From assembly GCF_009914755.1 (NCBI RefSeq), contig NC_060925.1: a DNA stretch of 64,000 bases. The stretch is one strand, 5' to 3'. The stretch's first letter is position 1; the number at the start of each line of letters is the position of its first letter. The notes under the pieces are model-generated. The model was given only the letters and a program-made list of their open reading frames with translations, was not told where the DNA came from and searched no databases. This document shows positions 1 through 11,654 of the stretch, in pieces. Source of the stretch: the human T2T-CHM13v2.0 reference genome, Homo sapiens. The translations under genes and the position numbers were made by a program.

Positions 1-321
1 ATCTCAACTAGGGAAGAAGAGAAACAAGGACATAAGTCAAGCGCATGACATTAAAATAGTGCTAGGTTCAAAGGACATCCTGGTAGGCTAATTGGAATTG
101 TAGTCATCACAGTACTTAAGGGAGAGAGCTAGAAAAATAGAAAAGATTGGCCAGAAATCTCTTTTCTCATTTCTATCCTAAATGGCAGAATTCCAGAAGC
201 AAGGGCTATGATTTTTACCTATTTTTCTATCCCCAGAAGTGCCTTTTAAAAAGTTCCTATAACAGACATCTCTTGATGAGTGAACCATTATTGTGTTACC
301 AACTTGAGAATTATTTTCAGG

Positions 322-540
322 AGACAGCATGAGAATACTGGAAGCTGCACTAAGAGATCAAGACCATCTGGGTTCAAGCGAAGTCTTTGCCTCTTCCTCA
401 CTGTTTGTGGGCTCATTTCTTAACCATTGTCAGCTTCACTTGGTTCATCTGTAAAATGAAGAAAATAATAACTGCCCTGCAGTTATTGTGAAGATCAAAT
501 GCAATAAGGTATGTGAAAGTGCTTTGTAAACTAAAAGGCA
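322..540 (+). mobile_element. MIR (MIRc-like) SINE relic
   Basis: Core 'catctgtaaaatgaagaaaataata...ttgtgaagatcaaatg...gtgaaagtgctttgtaaact' resembles the MIR core and tail. Confidence 0.7.
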
Positions 541-829
541 AATTAACAATAACCTGAAATAGCCACGAGATCATGAATCACCCAGCAAAGGGAGAAACAT
601 AAGCCTCCAAGGACTTTTGAGGGGGACCTTTGTGCTCCTTCCATCCTCTATGACTAAGCCACACGTCATGCTTGTAGGACTCCAGGCTTTATTTGCAGCT
701 TTCTCATTTACCCAGCCCCTTTTTTTGTACTCCTAAGCTCTGCATTCTTATCAGAGAGGGATAAAGAAGGACAGGAAGGGGAAGTGGGGAAAACCAGAGT
801 AGGAGAAGAATGGAGGAGAGTAGGATGGA

Positions 830-1045
830 AATAATGTTTTCTACATGCATTATGTGCACCGTGCACTCTGCAAAAATCTCATTTAGTCTTTGATCTACCA
901 TTATTCAGTATCATCCTCCCAATTTATAGATGAGGAAACAGACTCAGAAAGTTTAAATTATTTGACCCAAATTACACAATGAGTAGAAATAGCAGAACTG
1001 GAAATCAACCTCTTCTCTTTCTGAATTTAAAGCCCAGGGCTTTCC
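830..1045 (-). mobile_element. MIR SINE relic
   Basis: 'tttatagatgaggaaacagactcagaaag' is the reverse MIR core. Confidence 0.75.
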
Positions 1046-1419
1046 TAGTAAGCCCTGGGGTGTACGGCTAATCCAAAGCAATCTTCTCTGCTGAAGAAAA
1101 ATTATCTTTTGGGAGGATTTTCTGAACTAAATCTCTCATTTCTCTGTGATACTTAAGCTCCCAGGGGGGGAAAAAAAAAGAGCAGCATGTAATCAAAGAA
1201 AAGAATACTAAAATTACTAAAATTCTTAGGGCGAGAAGTTATTCATATCAAAGTGAAAACTACTTAGATTTTGAAAGTGAGTTGTCTTAAAAAGCTCTTC
1301 TTAGCTTCTCATTGGCTCAGAAGTTCTTCACTAAGAGGCTTATGGCAACATGATAGAGGGGGAAAGAGAGCTATACTAGCAGCTCAGATTCTTATTATCA
1401 GGCCATCTTAGTGTTGATC

Positions 1420-2272
1420 TGTATATCTATTCCTGAATAAGCATCTGCCTCAAATATAATGGCTTGAAACAATAATTTGTTACTATTTTCCCCAGCTCTG
1501 AGAACTGACTGGGCTCTGCTGGACGGTTGTTGCATAGGCCTTCTCCCTGTACTTGCAATCAGGTGTTGGCTGGGCTGCAGCCATCCGAAGGCTCACTAGG
1601 GCTGCACATCCCCAGTGACTCCCCTCCTGAATGGCATTTGATGAGTGGAAGTTCAGAGCACCCACACACAGTTCCTTCATGCAGCTAGGGCTTCTCACAA
1701 TACAATGGCTGGGTCCTAAGTGAGAGAACGCCAAAAGTGAACAGTCCAATAAGTAGAAGACAGATACTTCCAGGCCAGTAAACGGCTATGCCTGAAACTG
1801 GCATAGCGTCACTTCTGCTGTATCCCATTGGTCAAAGCAGTCACAGATCCCACTCGGATTCAAGAGGGTAGAGAAATAAACTCCACTCTTTTGACGGGGG
1901 GGAAGCAACATCACATTGAAGAAGAAACTGGGAGATGGGAGATAGCATTGCATCCATCATTGGAAAATAATGACTAGATACAGTCACTCATGCTTGTAAC
2001 TTCAGTGCCTTGTGAAGACAAGGTTGAAGGATTGCTGGAGGCTGGGAGTTTGAGACCAGCCTGGTCAACATAGGAAGACTCATCTCTACAAAGATAAAAA
2101 TTACCTGGGCATGGCAACTCACTCTGGTTGTCCTAGCTACTCAGCAGGCTGAATCGGGAGGCTTGTTTGAGCCCAGCAGTTTGAGGCTGCAGTAAGCTAT
2201 GATAGTGCTACTGCACTCCAGCATAGGTGGAGTGCAGAAAAAAAGAAAGAAAAGAAAACACAGCCTGCCATA
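1420..2272 (-). mobile_element. MLT1 (ERVL-MaLR) solo LTR, interrupted by an AluJ
   Basis: 'ggcttgaaacaataa', 'gtcacttctgctgtatcccattggtcaaagcagtcaca'; terminus 'cagcctgccata' resumes after the Alu. Confidence 0.75.
1972..2258 (+). mobile_element. AluJ-type SINE with an altered 3' end
   Basis: Dimeric Alu with J diagnostics 'ttgagcccag..gtttgaggctgcagt..gctatgat'; A-rich tail. Confidence 0.9.
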
Positions 2273-2339
2273 ATCACTAGTTCAATGACATCCACAAAGT
2301 TAGAATAGCCTCTATATCAAACTCCTGCCTTTGGAGCTT

Positions 2340-2766
2340 CATGTAGCCCTTGCCAGCCTCTCTGCCCACATCTCACACCATTTTCTTGCTATGCTACAGC
2401 TATACTGTCTTCTTTCTTTTCTTCATACCTCAGAGTTTGGACATTTATGAACAAAATCCCCTTCCCTTTCCCTCAGTTCTTCCCATGGGGGCCTCCCTCT
2501 TATCATTCAGGTCTCAACTCAAATATTGCCTCTTCTGGGAGAACTTCCCTGACTAATACATGTGACTCTTTCACATCCTCCATACCCTTTATGTGTTTGC
2601 TTTCTTATCTACCATCTCTGTTCCACTGCTACTCACAAGTTGTGAAAGGACAGTGATTTTGTCTGTCTTCTTCACTGCTGTATCCCCAGTGCCTACACTA
2701 ACGTCCCTTGCATCATGGTCATTCAACAATTTTTGTTGAACGAATAAATGAATGAACAAATGAATA
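2340..2766 (+). mobile_element. L2 LINE 3' end
   Basis: 'ttcactgctgtatccccagtgcct...ttgttgaacgaataaatgaatgaa' L2 tail. Confidence 0.75.
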
Positions 2767-2974
2767 ACCCAGTCAAGTGGCAGCCAGTGACATCTAAGAC
2801 AACATCTAAAATGTCATTCGTTCCACAAAAATTACAGAATCCTTCTTATGACAGATTCTGCACTAGTTCTCCAGGAAGCTATTTTGTCTCTGGACACAAC
2901 TTAGACAATTCGTGCTTGATGTTATCAATTTACCCAACTAAAACCTTCATTATTTGTTTACTAATAAGATGAAT

Positions 2975-3175
2975 TCAGGAGTTTTCAAACTGTGGGTCCA
3001 AGTGCATTAGCTCTGTGACTGTAACCCCCAGGAAGAGGCTACAGAGACAGGAGAAAAGAGAAGCCATGAGACGCCATCATCACTTTCAGCACAGCAACAA
3101 TCTTTTCATTTGCTTTATCTGTGGGGGTTCTGTATAAGATTTAGCTTGAAAAACATTCTACTGCTAAAAATAAGA
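2975..3175. mobile_element. hAT-Charlie-type MITE relic (family not resolved)
   Basis: Begins 'caggagttttcaaactgtggg', a Charlie-like terminus. Confidence 0.45.
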
Positions 3176-3221
3176 CTAGATGATCTCTTCAATTCTGTCC
3201 TATGTTCTGTTCTTCATGATG

Positions 3222-3400
3222 ACAGTTCTCAAAGTGCGGCCTTCCAGTCCCTGTATCAAAATCAACACATTGGACACTGTGGAAGATGCAGATTCTGTGG
3301 CCCCTACTGAATTAAAGTTTCTGGCCATGTGACCAAGGAATCTGTATTTTAACGGGCACCTCGGGGTATTCTTAGGTACTCTAAAGTTTAAGAATCATTG
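3222..3400. mobile_element. MER5 (hAT-Charlie) MITE
   Basis: 'ttctcaaagtg...atgcagattct...ggaatctgtattttaac...aagtttaagaatcattg'. Confidence 0.7.
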
Positions 3401-3651
3401 CTTATTATGTAGGAAAAACTGGATAAAGTACAAAAATAAGCTGTTATGCAAAGTAGAACTCTCTTTCCTCGGGGATGACCTCTTGCAAAAAGGAATGTCT
3501 TTTCTCAGCATATACGGAATTTTTTGGAGAAGTAGGCATGGCTCTAGACTGCAGGATAACTAGAATGTGTGTTTTACTTGCTAGAAGCCCTAATTGTTCC
3601 CACTATTATCTCTTTTTAACCCAGTGATTGAAGCCAGTACGCACGTGTGCT

Positions 3652-3678
3652 CACACAAACACACACACACACACACAT
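3652..3678. repeat. Interrupted (CA)n microsatellite
   Basis: Direct reading. Confidence 0.8.
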
Positions 3679-4239
3679 ATATAATACACATACACAATGC
3701 CTATGGCCAGTATCACAGCCAACCTACCACCTCACTCAGCTGTGTCCTGCCAATTAAGCACTTCTTGAGTGGTAGAAGAGCAGGGCCCTTAAAATTCCAA
3801 GCATAAAACAGCTAATAAGAGTATCTTGTTTAACAAAGTAATAAAGCAGAGGCAAAAAAAAAAAAAAAAAAGCTGCAAAGTTTTCTTGGTGATCATTGTT
3901 TAACACTGTATGTAATTAAATATGAACGAAAGTATGCTACTTTCATTTTGTGAGCAATTTAATTCAATTAAAAATAAATGGGTCTCCTTGGCTCAGTGGG
4001 CATACTGATATACAGAACAGCACTGCCCTTAACTTGGTTTCCACTGTGTTTAAATCCAGCACGGGCAAAGCTACTGAAATACAACCCCAGGCTAACGCGA
4101 TTAACTCATTCCCCAAGAGCCAATAGCAGACCTCATCCGGTCAACTGAGTACAGTGCTTTGCAGCATAATATGTTTTAATTTAAAAGAAGTTTATCAAGC
4201 GTTTGCCATGTGGCGTGAAGAGACGTTTAAGACATCTCG

Positions 4240-4450
4240 TAGCAGTCAAAACAGTGGTTATCTTGGGGCAGGCTAGGCATTGACTGGAAAGACACTGGAG
4301 GAAGCTGGAAATGTTCTGAATCCTGATGTGGGTGTTGGTTAGCAAATAGACGTTCATATATATGCATGTGTATGTATAAATACACATTGAGCCGTACACC
4401 TAAGATGAATGCAATTTTTGTATTTGACTGCAAATATTTTATACCTCAAC
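4240..4450 (+). mobile_element. Old L1M (MC/MD/ME-type) 3'UTR fragment
   Basis: 'cagtggttatcttgggg...gctggaaatgttctg...cattgagccgtacacctaagat...ttatacctcaa'. Confidence 0.7.
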
Positions 4451-4699
4451 CAAGGAAAAAGAGACACTTTTTCTGCCCCCAAGGATCTCGCACTGTTATT
4501 ATTAGGCACCACAGGCATCAGATTCTCCGCTTACCATCTGGCTGGGGAGCCACATAAAAATACTTGAGGGCACTTATTTTGTGATAAAAACATATACAAA
4601 TCTTAAAGCACCCTTAGGAAGAAAACGACAAATAAGAGGCAATCAATTTTTGCAAACTTCTTGCTCAGGGCCATATGCAGTACAGAGGACCCCCTGGGT

Positions 4700-5640
4700 G
4701 TGGTAAGTCCTCAGCTCAGCTTTGAAGGTGGGGAAGAGGAATAAGGAGATATAGGGGGTAGGGGGTTGGGGAGGGGACAGGAAATGGCGTGGAGCAAAAG
4801 CAAGGTGTGGGACCCCCGGCCCAGGGGCAAATTAACCCTGTGTCAGGACTCCTGCTGATGGGGGCATCCCAGAGAGTGAGTGAGGAGGTGGGACTGGCTG
4901 GCGGGGAGGGGCAGACAGATGCACTTTGTCCTGGCCCCAGTTCCAAGCCGGGGTTCCAGGGATAACTGTCAAGGGCGGTCCGCACTCGCAGGCCCAGGAG
5001 GTAATGGATCCGCGCCGCTGCTGCGATAACTGGAGCTGCTCTTTCATTTCACCCAGAAGAGCCGTTGTTTGGGAATGAACTCCGGGATTCCAGAGGCCAC
5101 GTCTAATAATAACACCCTTATCAACGCTGCAAGGCTGAACCGAGCCTGAGTGTGTGTGTATCTCTGGGTACCCAGGGGCCAGTGCCCAGCCCTGAAAGGA
5201 GAGCTGAGCCCTGGTGAATGGAGAGGAAAATGCCAATCTGTTGACAAAAAGTTCGCTGCTAAAAACGAAACCCCGGCCAACATTTTACAACCTGGACGCA
5301 TTGTTAATGTAGTGGTTTATCTGGCAGGAATAGGAAGCTGTGTTTGAAAACAATGTATCCTTTTTAGGTGCAAGGTCAGCGTCTGTAGGACCTCGGGGTG
5401 ACACCCGCCTCCCACCCCCACCCCCAGCCCAGCTCCTGGGAGAACAGCTCCAAGCCTGGCCCCCAGGCTTCCTGGGCAGAGGAAGGCGTGCTCCGCAGGC
5501 CCACAATGCAGGGAAGATGCTATCCTCTCCGGCAGGCGGGGTGCCCCACTGCACACAGGCCTCATTGAGGCCTGCCAGGGCCTCCCCCACCTCCTCCCAG
5601 AGCCAGGTGAGGTTGAGAGCAGAGAAAATCCAGAAGTACC
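4700..5640. promoter_or_regulatory. GC/CpG-enriched repeat-free island, candidate enhancer or weak promoter
   Basis: CpG cluster at 4975-5030; GATA cores at 4961, 5025, 5117, 5317; G-tract cluster at 4754-4776. Confidence 0.4.
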
Positions 5641-5699
5641 TCTTTTAAAACTAGTCTCATTGGGAAAGAAAGTGCCAGGGGCTTGAGAGCTCGCCTTGG

Positions 5700-5890
5700 G
5701 TGAGAGAGAGTAGGCTCCATCCCTGAGTAGCTGTGCAAGAGATTTAACCTCCCAGGTCTGTGGTTTACTCACATGCAAAGGCAAATGAGATGAATACCTA
5801 CCACAAAGGGCTACTGTGTGGATGAAATGACCTTGTGGAAATGAAGCACTTAGCATGCACCATGCCTGGTATGTGGCCAGGACTCAGTGA
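5700..5890 (+). mobile_element. MIR SINE relic
   Basis: 'agtagctgtgcaag...tacctaccacaaagggctactgtgtggatgaaatga...gcacttagca'. Confidence 0.65.
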
Positions 5891-5928
5891 AGGGATTTTG
5901 CACTGGCTGCACCCTCCTCCTAGAACAT

Positions 5929-6239
<311 letters not shown>

Positions 6240-6259
6240 AAACATTCTTTTTAAGAAAG

Positions 6260-6485
6260 GCTTGTTCCCTTACCTGCCCCAGGTCCCTTCTCTGCTTTAT
6301 TTTTCTCCACAGTGCTTACTACTAATATCTTAAGTCTTTTTTTTTTCATCTTATTTATTATCTGTCTCTCTCAAACCAGAGAGAAGCTCTGTGAGAAGGG
6401 TCTGTGTTTTGTCTACTGAGGAATCCTCAGAACCTAGAATAGTGCCCAGCATAGAATAGTTGTTCAATAAACATTGAATAAAGGG
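6260..6485 (+). mobile_element. L2 3' end
   Basis: 'cctagaatagtgcccagcatagaatagttgttcaataaacattgaata'. Confidence 0.7.
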
Positions 6486-6630
6486 TACATGATGATGTAG
6501 ATGAGGATTTTAGTGTACCAAGTTCCCAGTTTACATTCTCATCTCAAATTTCATAAGGTCGGTAATCTCTACTATACGATAAGCATCTCCAGGCAGGAAC
6601 TGTATCTTATAAGTCTAGATTCTCCATAGC

Positions 6631-6819
6631 TAAGGTAGATAGATTTAGCAAAGAAAAATACAAGACACCCCTGGTAAGTTTCCATTTCAGATAAATAATA
6701 CATTTATGGTATGAATACATCCAAAATATTGCATGGGACATACTTACACTAAAACATTATTCATTGTTTATCTAAAATTAAAATTAACTAGACATCCTGT
6801 ATTTTATCTGGCATTGCTA
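6631..6819. mobile_element. MER53 palindromic hAT MITE
   Basis: Centre 'aaatattgcatgggacatactta'; inverted arms; 8-bp TSD tccatagc/tccatagt. Confidence 0.85.
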
Positions 6820-6931
6820 TCCATAGTACTTATGCAGTAAGCTCAAAATGAGCAGGTGCTACATAAGTGAATAATATGCTCAAAATCCAGAGAAATCAGA
6901 ATAAACCTAAATAAAATAGGAAGGTCAGGCT

Positions 6932-7435
6932 CAGTGGAGTGCTGGTAATGTTTCCCAACTGAATTTTCAGGGGGGAAAAGAAGGCTTGATTTACAACATT
7001 TGCCAATTTCCTTTTTTTTTTTTTTTTGTTTTAATTTTGATGGAGTTTCACTCTGTCACCCAGGTTGGAGGGCTATGGTGCAATCTCAGCTCACTGCAAC
7101 CTCTGCCTCCCAGGTTCAAGTGATTTTCTGCCTCATGCCTCCTGAGTAGCTGGGACTACAGGCACACACCACCATGCGTGGCTAATTTTTGTATTTTTAT
7201 TATAGTAGAGTAGGCGTTTCACCATGTTGGCCAGGCTGGACTCAAACTCCTGACTTTATGAGACCCTCCCATTTCGGCCTACCAAAATGCTGGGATCACA
7301 GGCGTGAGCCAATTTCCTTGGTGTAAACACTCCCACCATGACCAATTTCAGGCTACCAAGGAGATATGACTGAACAAAGTTGGAAATAGATGAGCTTCAT
7401 CAGCTTTGGCAAGCCAATATGAGCCAGCTTCAGCC
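6932..7435 (+). mobile_element. MER63A (hAT-Blackjack), split by an Alu
   Basis: 'cagtggagtgctggtaa...ggtgtaaacactcccaccatg...gagccagcttcagc'. Confidence 0.75.
7012..7310 (-). mobile_element. AluS SINE, slightly 5'-truncated
   Basis: Alu dimer; flanking direct repeat 'gccaatttcctt'. Confidence 0.95.
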
Positions 7436-7841
7436 TAAAAGTCACAGGAATAAGGAAATAGACAACAAGCAAACAAGAAAAATGCAATTTAAAACCTGTA
7501 CCCACTATACTTTACCAAGGCCTTCCTGACCACTTCCTCATAAAAATTATCTCAAACTTAAAATCCTATGAGGCAGAAATGATGAGACCTATTGCTTCAG
7601 CAATGGGCAAAGAAGCCAGAAAGAATTTAGAAATTGTCTATTTACAGGTAGTAGACAGTTCAAGCTCTTTCCCCCAAACCATTCTGCCTCTGCAGTCACG
7701 AAATATGGAAGCCAAGGGGGCCTCCAATGTCAGAGGTCAACAGGTCAACCTGCCCATTCCTCTGTAGAGAAAACTGAGGCAAGGAGTAAAACGGCACACT
7801 CCTTCAGAGCTGGGAGTAGAACCTGTACCACGGCCCCCCAC

Positions 7842-7843
<2 letters not shown>

Positions 7844-7895
<52 letters not shown>
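7844..7895. repeat. (TG)26 perfect microsatellite
   Basis: Direct reading. Confidence 0.97.
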
Positions 7896-7896
<1 letters not shown>

Positions 7897-9784
7897 TGCA
7901 TAAAGAAATTCTCAAAGTGTGTTCTAGTAACATGGGGAGCCTAAGAAATAAGCACAGACACTCCTAACGGAGTCAACATGGGGTAAGTATGCAGAGTTAT
8001 TTTTGGTTTTGTTTTTAATGCGACCAGCCAGGGTTTCTGCTTTCTTAATCTCACCCAGATGATATGAAAACTTAGACCAGAATAGAGAGCACTTGTTGCA
8101 AAGAAGTAGCCAGAGCCGCAATGACCAGTGGTGGTCAGGAGGAAGGGGACAAAGAGGACTCACCCGAGATCATCAATGTTGACACACTAATTGAAACAAG
8201 AACCCACCAAGTTCTAAAACAGCCCCCTGTACGTCTCTCTCCACTCTTCCTCCTGGAGGTACCACTGAGGACAGAGCCATGCATGAGAACCCGCGCTCTG
8301 CCAGTAACCATGGTGGGTGGGCACAGGAAAGTCACTTCCCTTGCTCTCCACTGTTTCCCCAGCTATGAAACCAAAATGGGATTTCTGGGGCCTTTCCCAT
8401 CAAAGACATCTATGATATTCCCTCTTTAACCTCATGTGTTTCTCCCTCCATCCTCCCCCCTCCTTCATTATCTTCCTTTTTCTCATTTCTTAAAAATCTT
8501 CTTTCCCTTACCTTGCCTCCCCCTGCACATCCTCTGTCACTCCTCTCCCTTTTCTGCACCACAGCCTTACACTCTCTCTCTCTCTCTCTCTGTTTCATCG
8601 TCATTCTCTTGGTACCACCACCCCAAGCCCCTGGAACACATGCTGCTGGAATTAACATCGGCTCTTACTTAGACAGAAACTCTCTCATAAAAGAAAAACA
8701 TGATATAGGAAAGGCAGGAGTGGATGCTGGCTGGATGGAGAGGCAATCTTCAGAGCAAGCAGCCCCCAGTGTTACTCTTCTATTCATATATATTAACTAC
8801 GCCCTTCTCTTTATCTGGAGAGCACTTTGCCAGCTACACAAACAAAAGATTATGCAGATTATCATAAGCAAAGAGAAAAAAATAATCTTAATTACACATC
8901 CCCAAACGTAAGCCCCCTGAATGAGAGCACCTGGGCATCCCAAGGCCATGTGTGCCCTCCAGGAGAATGATGCGGCTTCGCCAGTCCCCCTTGTAGTGGG
9001 CACCACAGAGTCCTAAGAGGCAAGCGTGCCCTGAGACTTCCCAGCTTGCTGGAAACTCTGAAAGGAAATGAGAGCCCTCAAGGCTCATTAGACCTATTTA
9101 TACAGTTCTTCGTGGGGGAAAAATTAAATCTTCCAAACACAGATAAATACACCCCTGTGACAAATGAAGTAGCTAGTCATGGTTAAACCCCGGTCCCAGT
9201 GCTGACAAACGTACTAGTTGAGCCCCCCAGGCAAGATCAACATATTTATTTATCTTGAATTGCCTTTAGTTGGGAGAAAAGGAACACAGGGCTACTACAT
9301 GTGTGGAGGAATGAGCGCCGGGCTTGGGGAGAGAAGTAGCAGGCAGCAATGCTGTAAGGTAGGAAAGACAAAGGAAGGTTACGCACTCAGCCGGGTGGTC
9401 AACCCACACCTCTCCCTGCCCAGCCCTCCCCATGCCATCTGCTGACCTTGGAGGTTTCTCAACCCAGCCTGTGCTGGCAACCGGCTATCCCGCTACCTGT
9501 ACACTGTATCCTCGGCGACTCCAACAGCACAGGGTGACACAGGAGTGCCCTCGAAATGGCTCACTTCCTGCCCCTCTGCATTTCTCGGTAGGCCTTGTCT
9601 TTCTAGGAGCCACTCCTTTTCTGGGAAAGGTTGGCAGCATCAGGGAATGGCCCTGGCAGGAAGTGGCCAGACACATCCGAGGCCCTCCAAGAAGAGATAG
9701 TGATAAGATAGAAGAGAAAAATGATAGGACTTAGGCTGACTCCTGATAATCTCCATTCCTGGACGGGGAGCTGCACAGTCCACA

Positions 9785-10351
9785 GCTGCCCAGCCTGTGC
9801 AGTGGCCATGAGCCACAGGTGAGCAGTTGGGAGGTGATAAGCCTGAAATGAGATGTGCTGTAAACATGCAACTGGTGCCTGTAATCCCAGCACTTTGGGA
9901 GGCCAAGGTGGGCAGATCACGAGGTCAGGAGATCGAGACCATCCTGGCTAACACGGTGAAACCCTGTCTCTACTAAAAATACAAGAACTTAGCCCGGCTT
10001 GGTGGCAGGCGCCTGTACTCCCAGCCGCTCGGGAGGCTGAGGCAAGAGAATGGCGTGAACCTGGGAGGCGGAGCTTGCAGTGAGCCGAGATAGCGCCACC
10101 GCACTCCAGCGTGGAAGACAGAGCGAGACTCCATCTCAAAAAAAAAAAAAAAGCAACTGGTTTTGAAGGCTTAATATCAAAATCATAATAATTTTTGCAT
10201 ACTGATTACATGTTGAAGTGATAATATATTGGATATATTGGGTTAAATAAACTATTATTAAAATTAATTTCATCTGTTTTTTCCTTTTTAAATGTGGCAA
10301 CTAGAAGATTTAAAATTACATGGGGCTCATATGTTATTGGGCAGCATAGCT
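9785..10351 (-). mobile_element. MER33 (hAT-Charlie), split by an AluY
   Basis: 'tgagatgtgctgtaa...gattacatgttgaa..gataatatattggatatattgggttaaataaa...ttgggcagca'. Confidence 0.8.
9877..10152 (+). mobile_element. AluY SINE, about 19 nt 5'-truncated
   Basis: Y diagnostics 'gagatcgagaccatcctggctaacacggtg', 'atggcgtgaacc', 'gagcttgcag'; TSD gcaactggt. Confidence 0.97.
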
Positions 10352-10544
10352 CTAGAGAATCTTGAGCTGCGGCACACTCAATCCAGTTTTCTCAAGAGCC
10401 CGTTTTCAGACTTTGCCTCCTCATGAAACCTTTTAATGCCAGAACCAAAGTGGAATTTATTTGTTTTCTTTTTTCCCAGCATAGGACCCCTAAAGTTAAA
10501 CTCATTCCAAACCAAGAAATGAGAACCTAGATTCAGAAACTCCT

Positions 10545-10834
10545 TATTTTATTTAATATTAACTTTTTAAATTATTATTTCAATAGGTTTGGAGGAAACA
10601 GGTGGTGTTTTCTTACATGAATAAGTTCTTTAGAGATGACTTCTGAGATTTTGGTGCACACATCACCCGAGCAGTGTACACTATATCCAACGTGTAGTCT
10701 TTTATCCCTCACCCCCGTCCCACCTTTTTCCCCAAGTCCCCAACGTCCATTGTATCATTCTTATGCCTTTGCATCTTCATAGCTTAGCTCCCACTTATCA
10801 GTGAGAACATACGAAGTTTAGTTTTCCGTTCCTG
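10545..10834 (-). mobile_element. L1PB-type 3' end, 5'-truncated insertion
   Basis: 'ttttggtgcacacatcacccgagcagtgtac...cttatgcctttgcatcttcatagcttagctccc'; TSD agaaactcct at 10535 and 10835. Confidence 0.85.
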
Positions 10835-11269
10835 AGAAACTCCTCACTTTAGCATGTGGACCTCTTTAGCTTTATAATCTCAATGTTTTTCCCCAGTTTC
10901 TCTTGTTCTTTCCTCCTCCCACTCTTGTCCTCAGAACATTAGCTCTTACATGCACCACAACTCCCCTCGCTTTAGCTTAGAAATAGCTGAATAAAAAGGC
11001 TCATAGGAACCTGAGGAGACCATCAAACCCATTCAAATTGGTCCACTTGACCTAACCCAAGCAAAACACAGCTGCATTGGTCTAATCCTTTTTTAAAAAG
11101 CAATAATTCTCATCTGTTTTCATATAATAAATAATGCTTGTTCATTATTTTAAAAACATGAAAATACAAGCCAAAAGAAGAAAATAAAAATCATACACAA
11201 TCCCAATCCTCAAGCTCACCATTGTTGATGTTTTCGGTACCTAGCCAACATGTTATTTTGTACATCAAT

Positions 11270-11510
11270 AATAATAATCGCAATGTTTATTGAGCACATA
11301 TTATGTCCAGGTACCATGCTAAATATTTTTAACATATTTTTCTTCATAATAATCCCAAAGTGGGTTCTATTACTATCCCTGGTTTATAGTTGAGAAAAAC
11401 TTGAGATTTAGCAAGGTTAAATATCTTGTCTAAAGACAAACAGCTGGTAAGTGGCAAGCCAGTTAAACACAAGTCCAAACTGACTGTGGACATGCAGCAT
11501 TTAACCTCTT
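11270..11510 (-). mobile_element. MIR SINE relic
   Basis: 'atgtttattgagcaca..atgtccaggtac...aaggttaaatatcttgtctaaagac'. Confidence 0.75.
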
Positions 11511-11654
11511 TGCTGCGAGTTCTCCAAGGAGAGAGACACTATCACTGCCCTTGTGAACTTGTTCTCTTAAAGGCATCAATTTCCATCAAACTCTCCTAAA
11601 TTCACAGGGCCATCCTGTATGCACATCCTAATCTATCATTATCTGTTTTCTATT

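Noticed and set aside
3836-3872. AATAAA followed by A18 as a retrocopy 3' end
   Set aside because: Only 8 nt between signal and tail, no TSD, no upstream mRNA-like body
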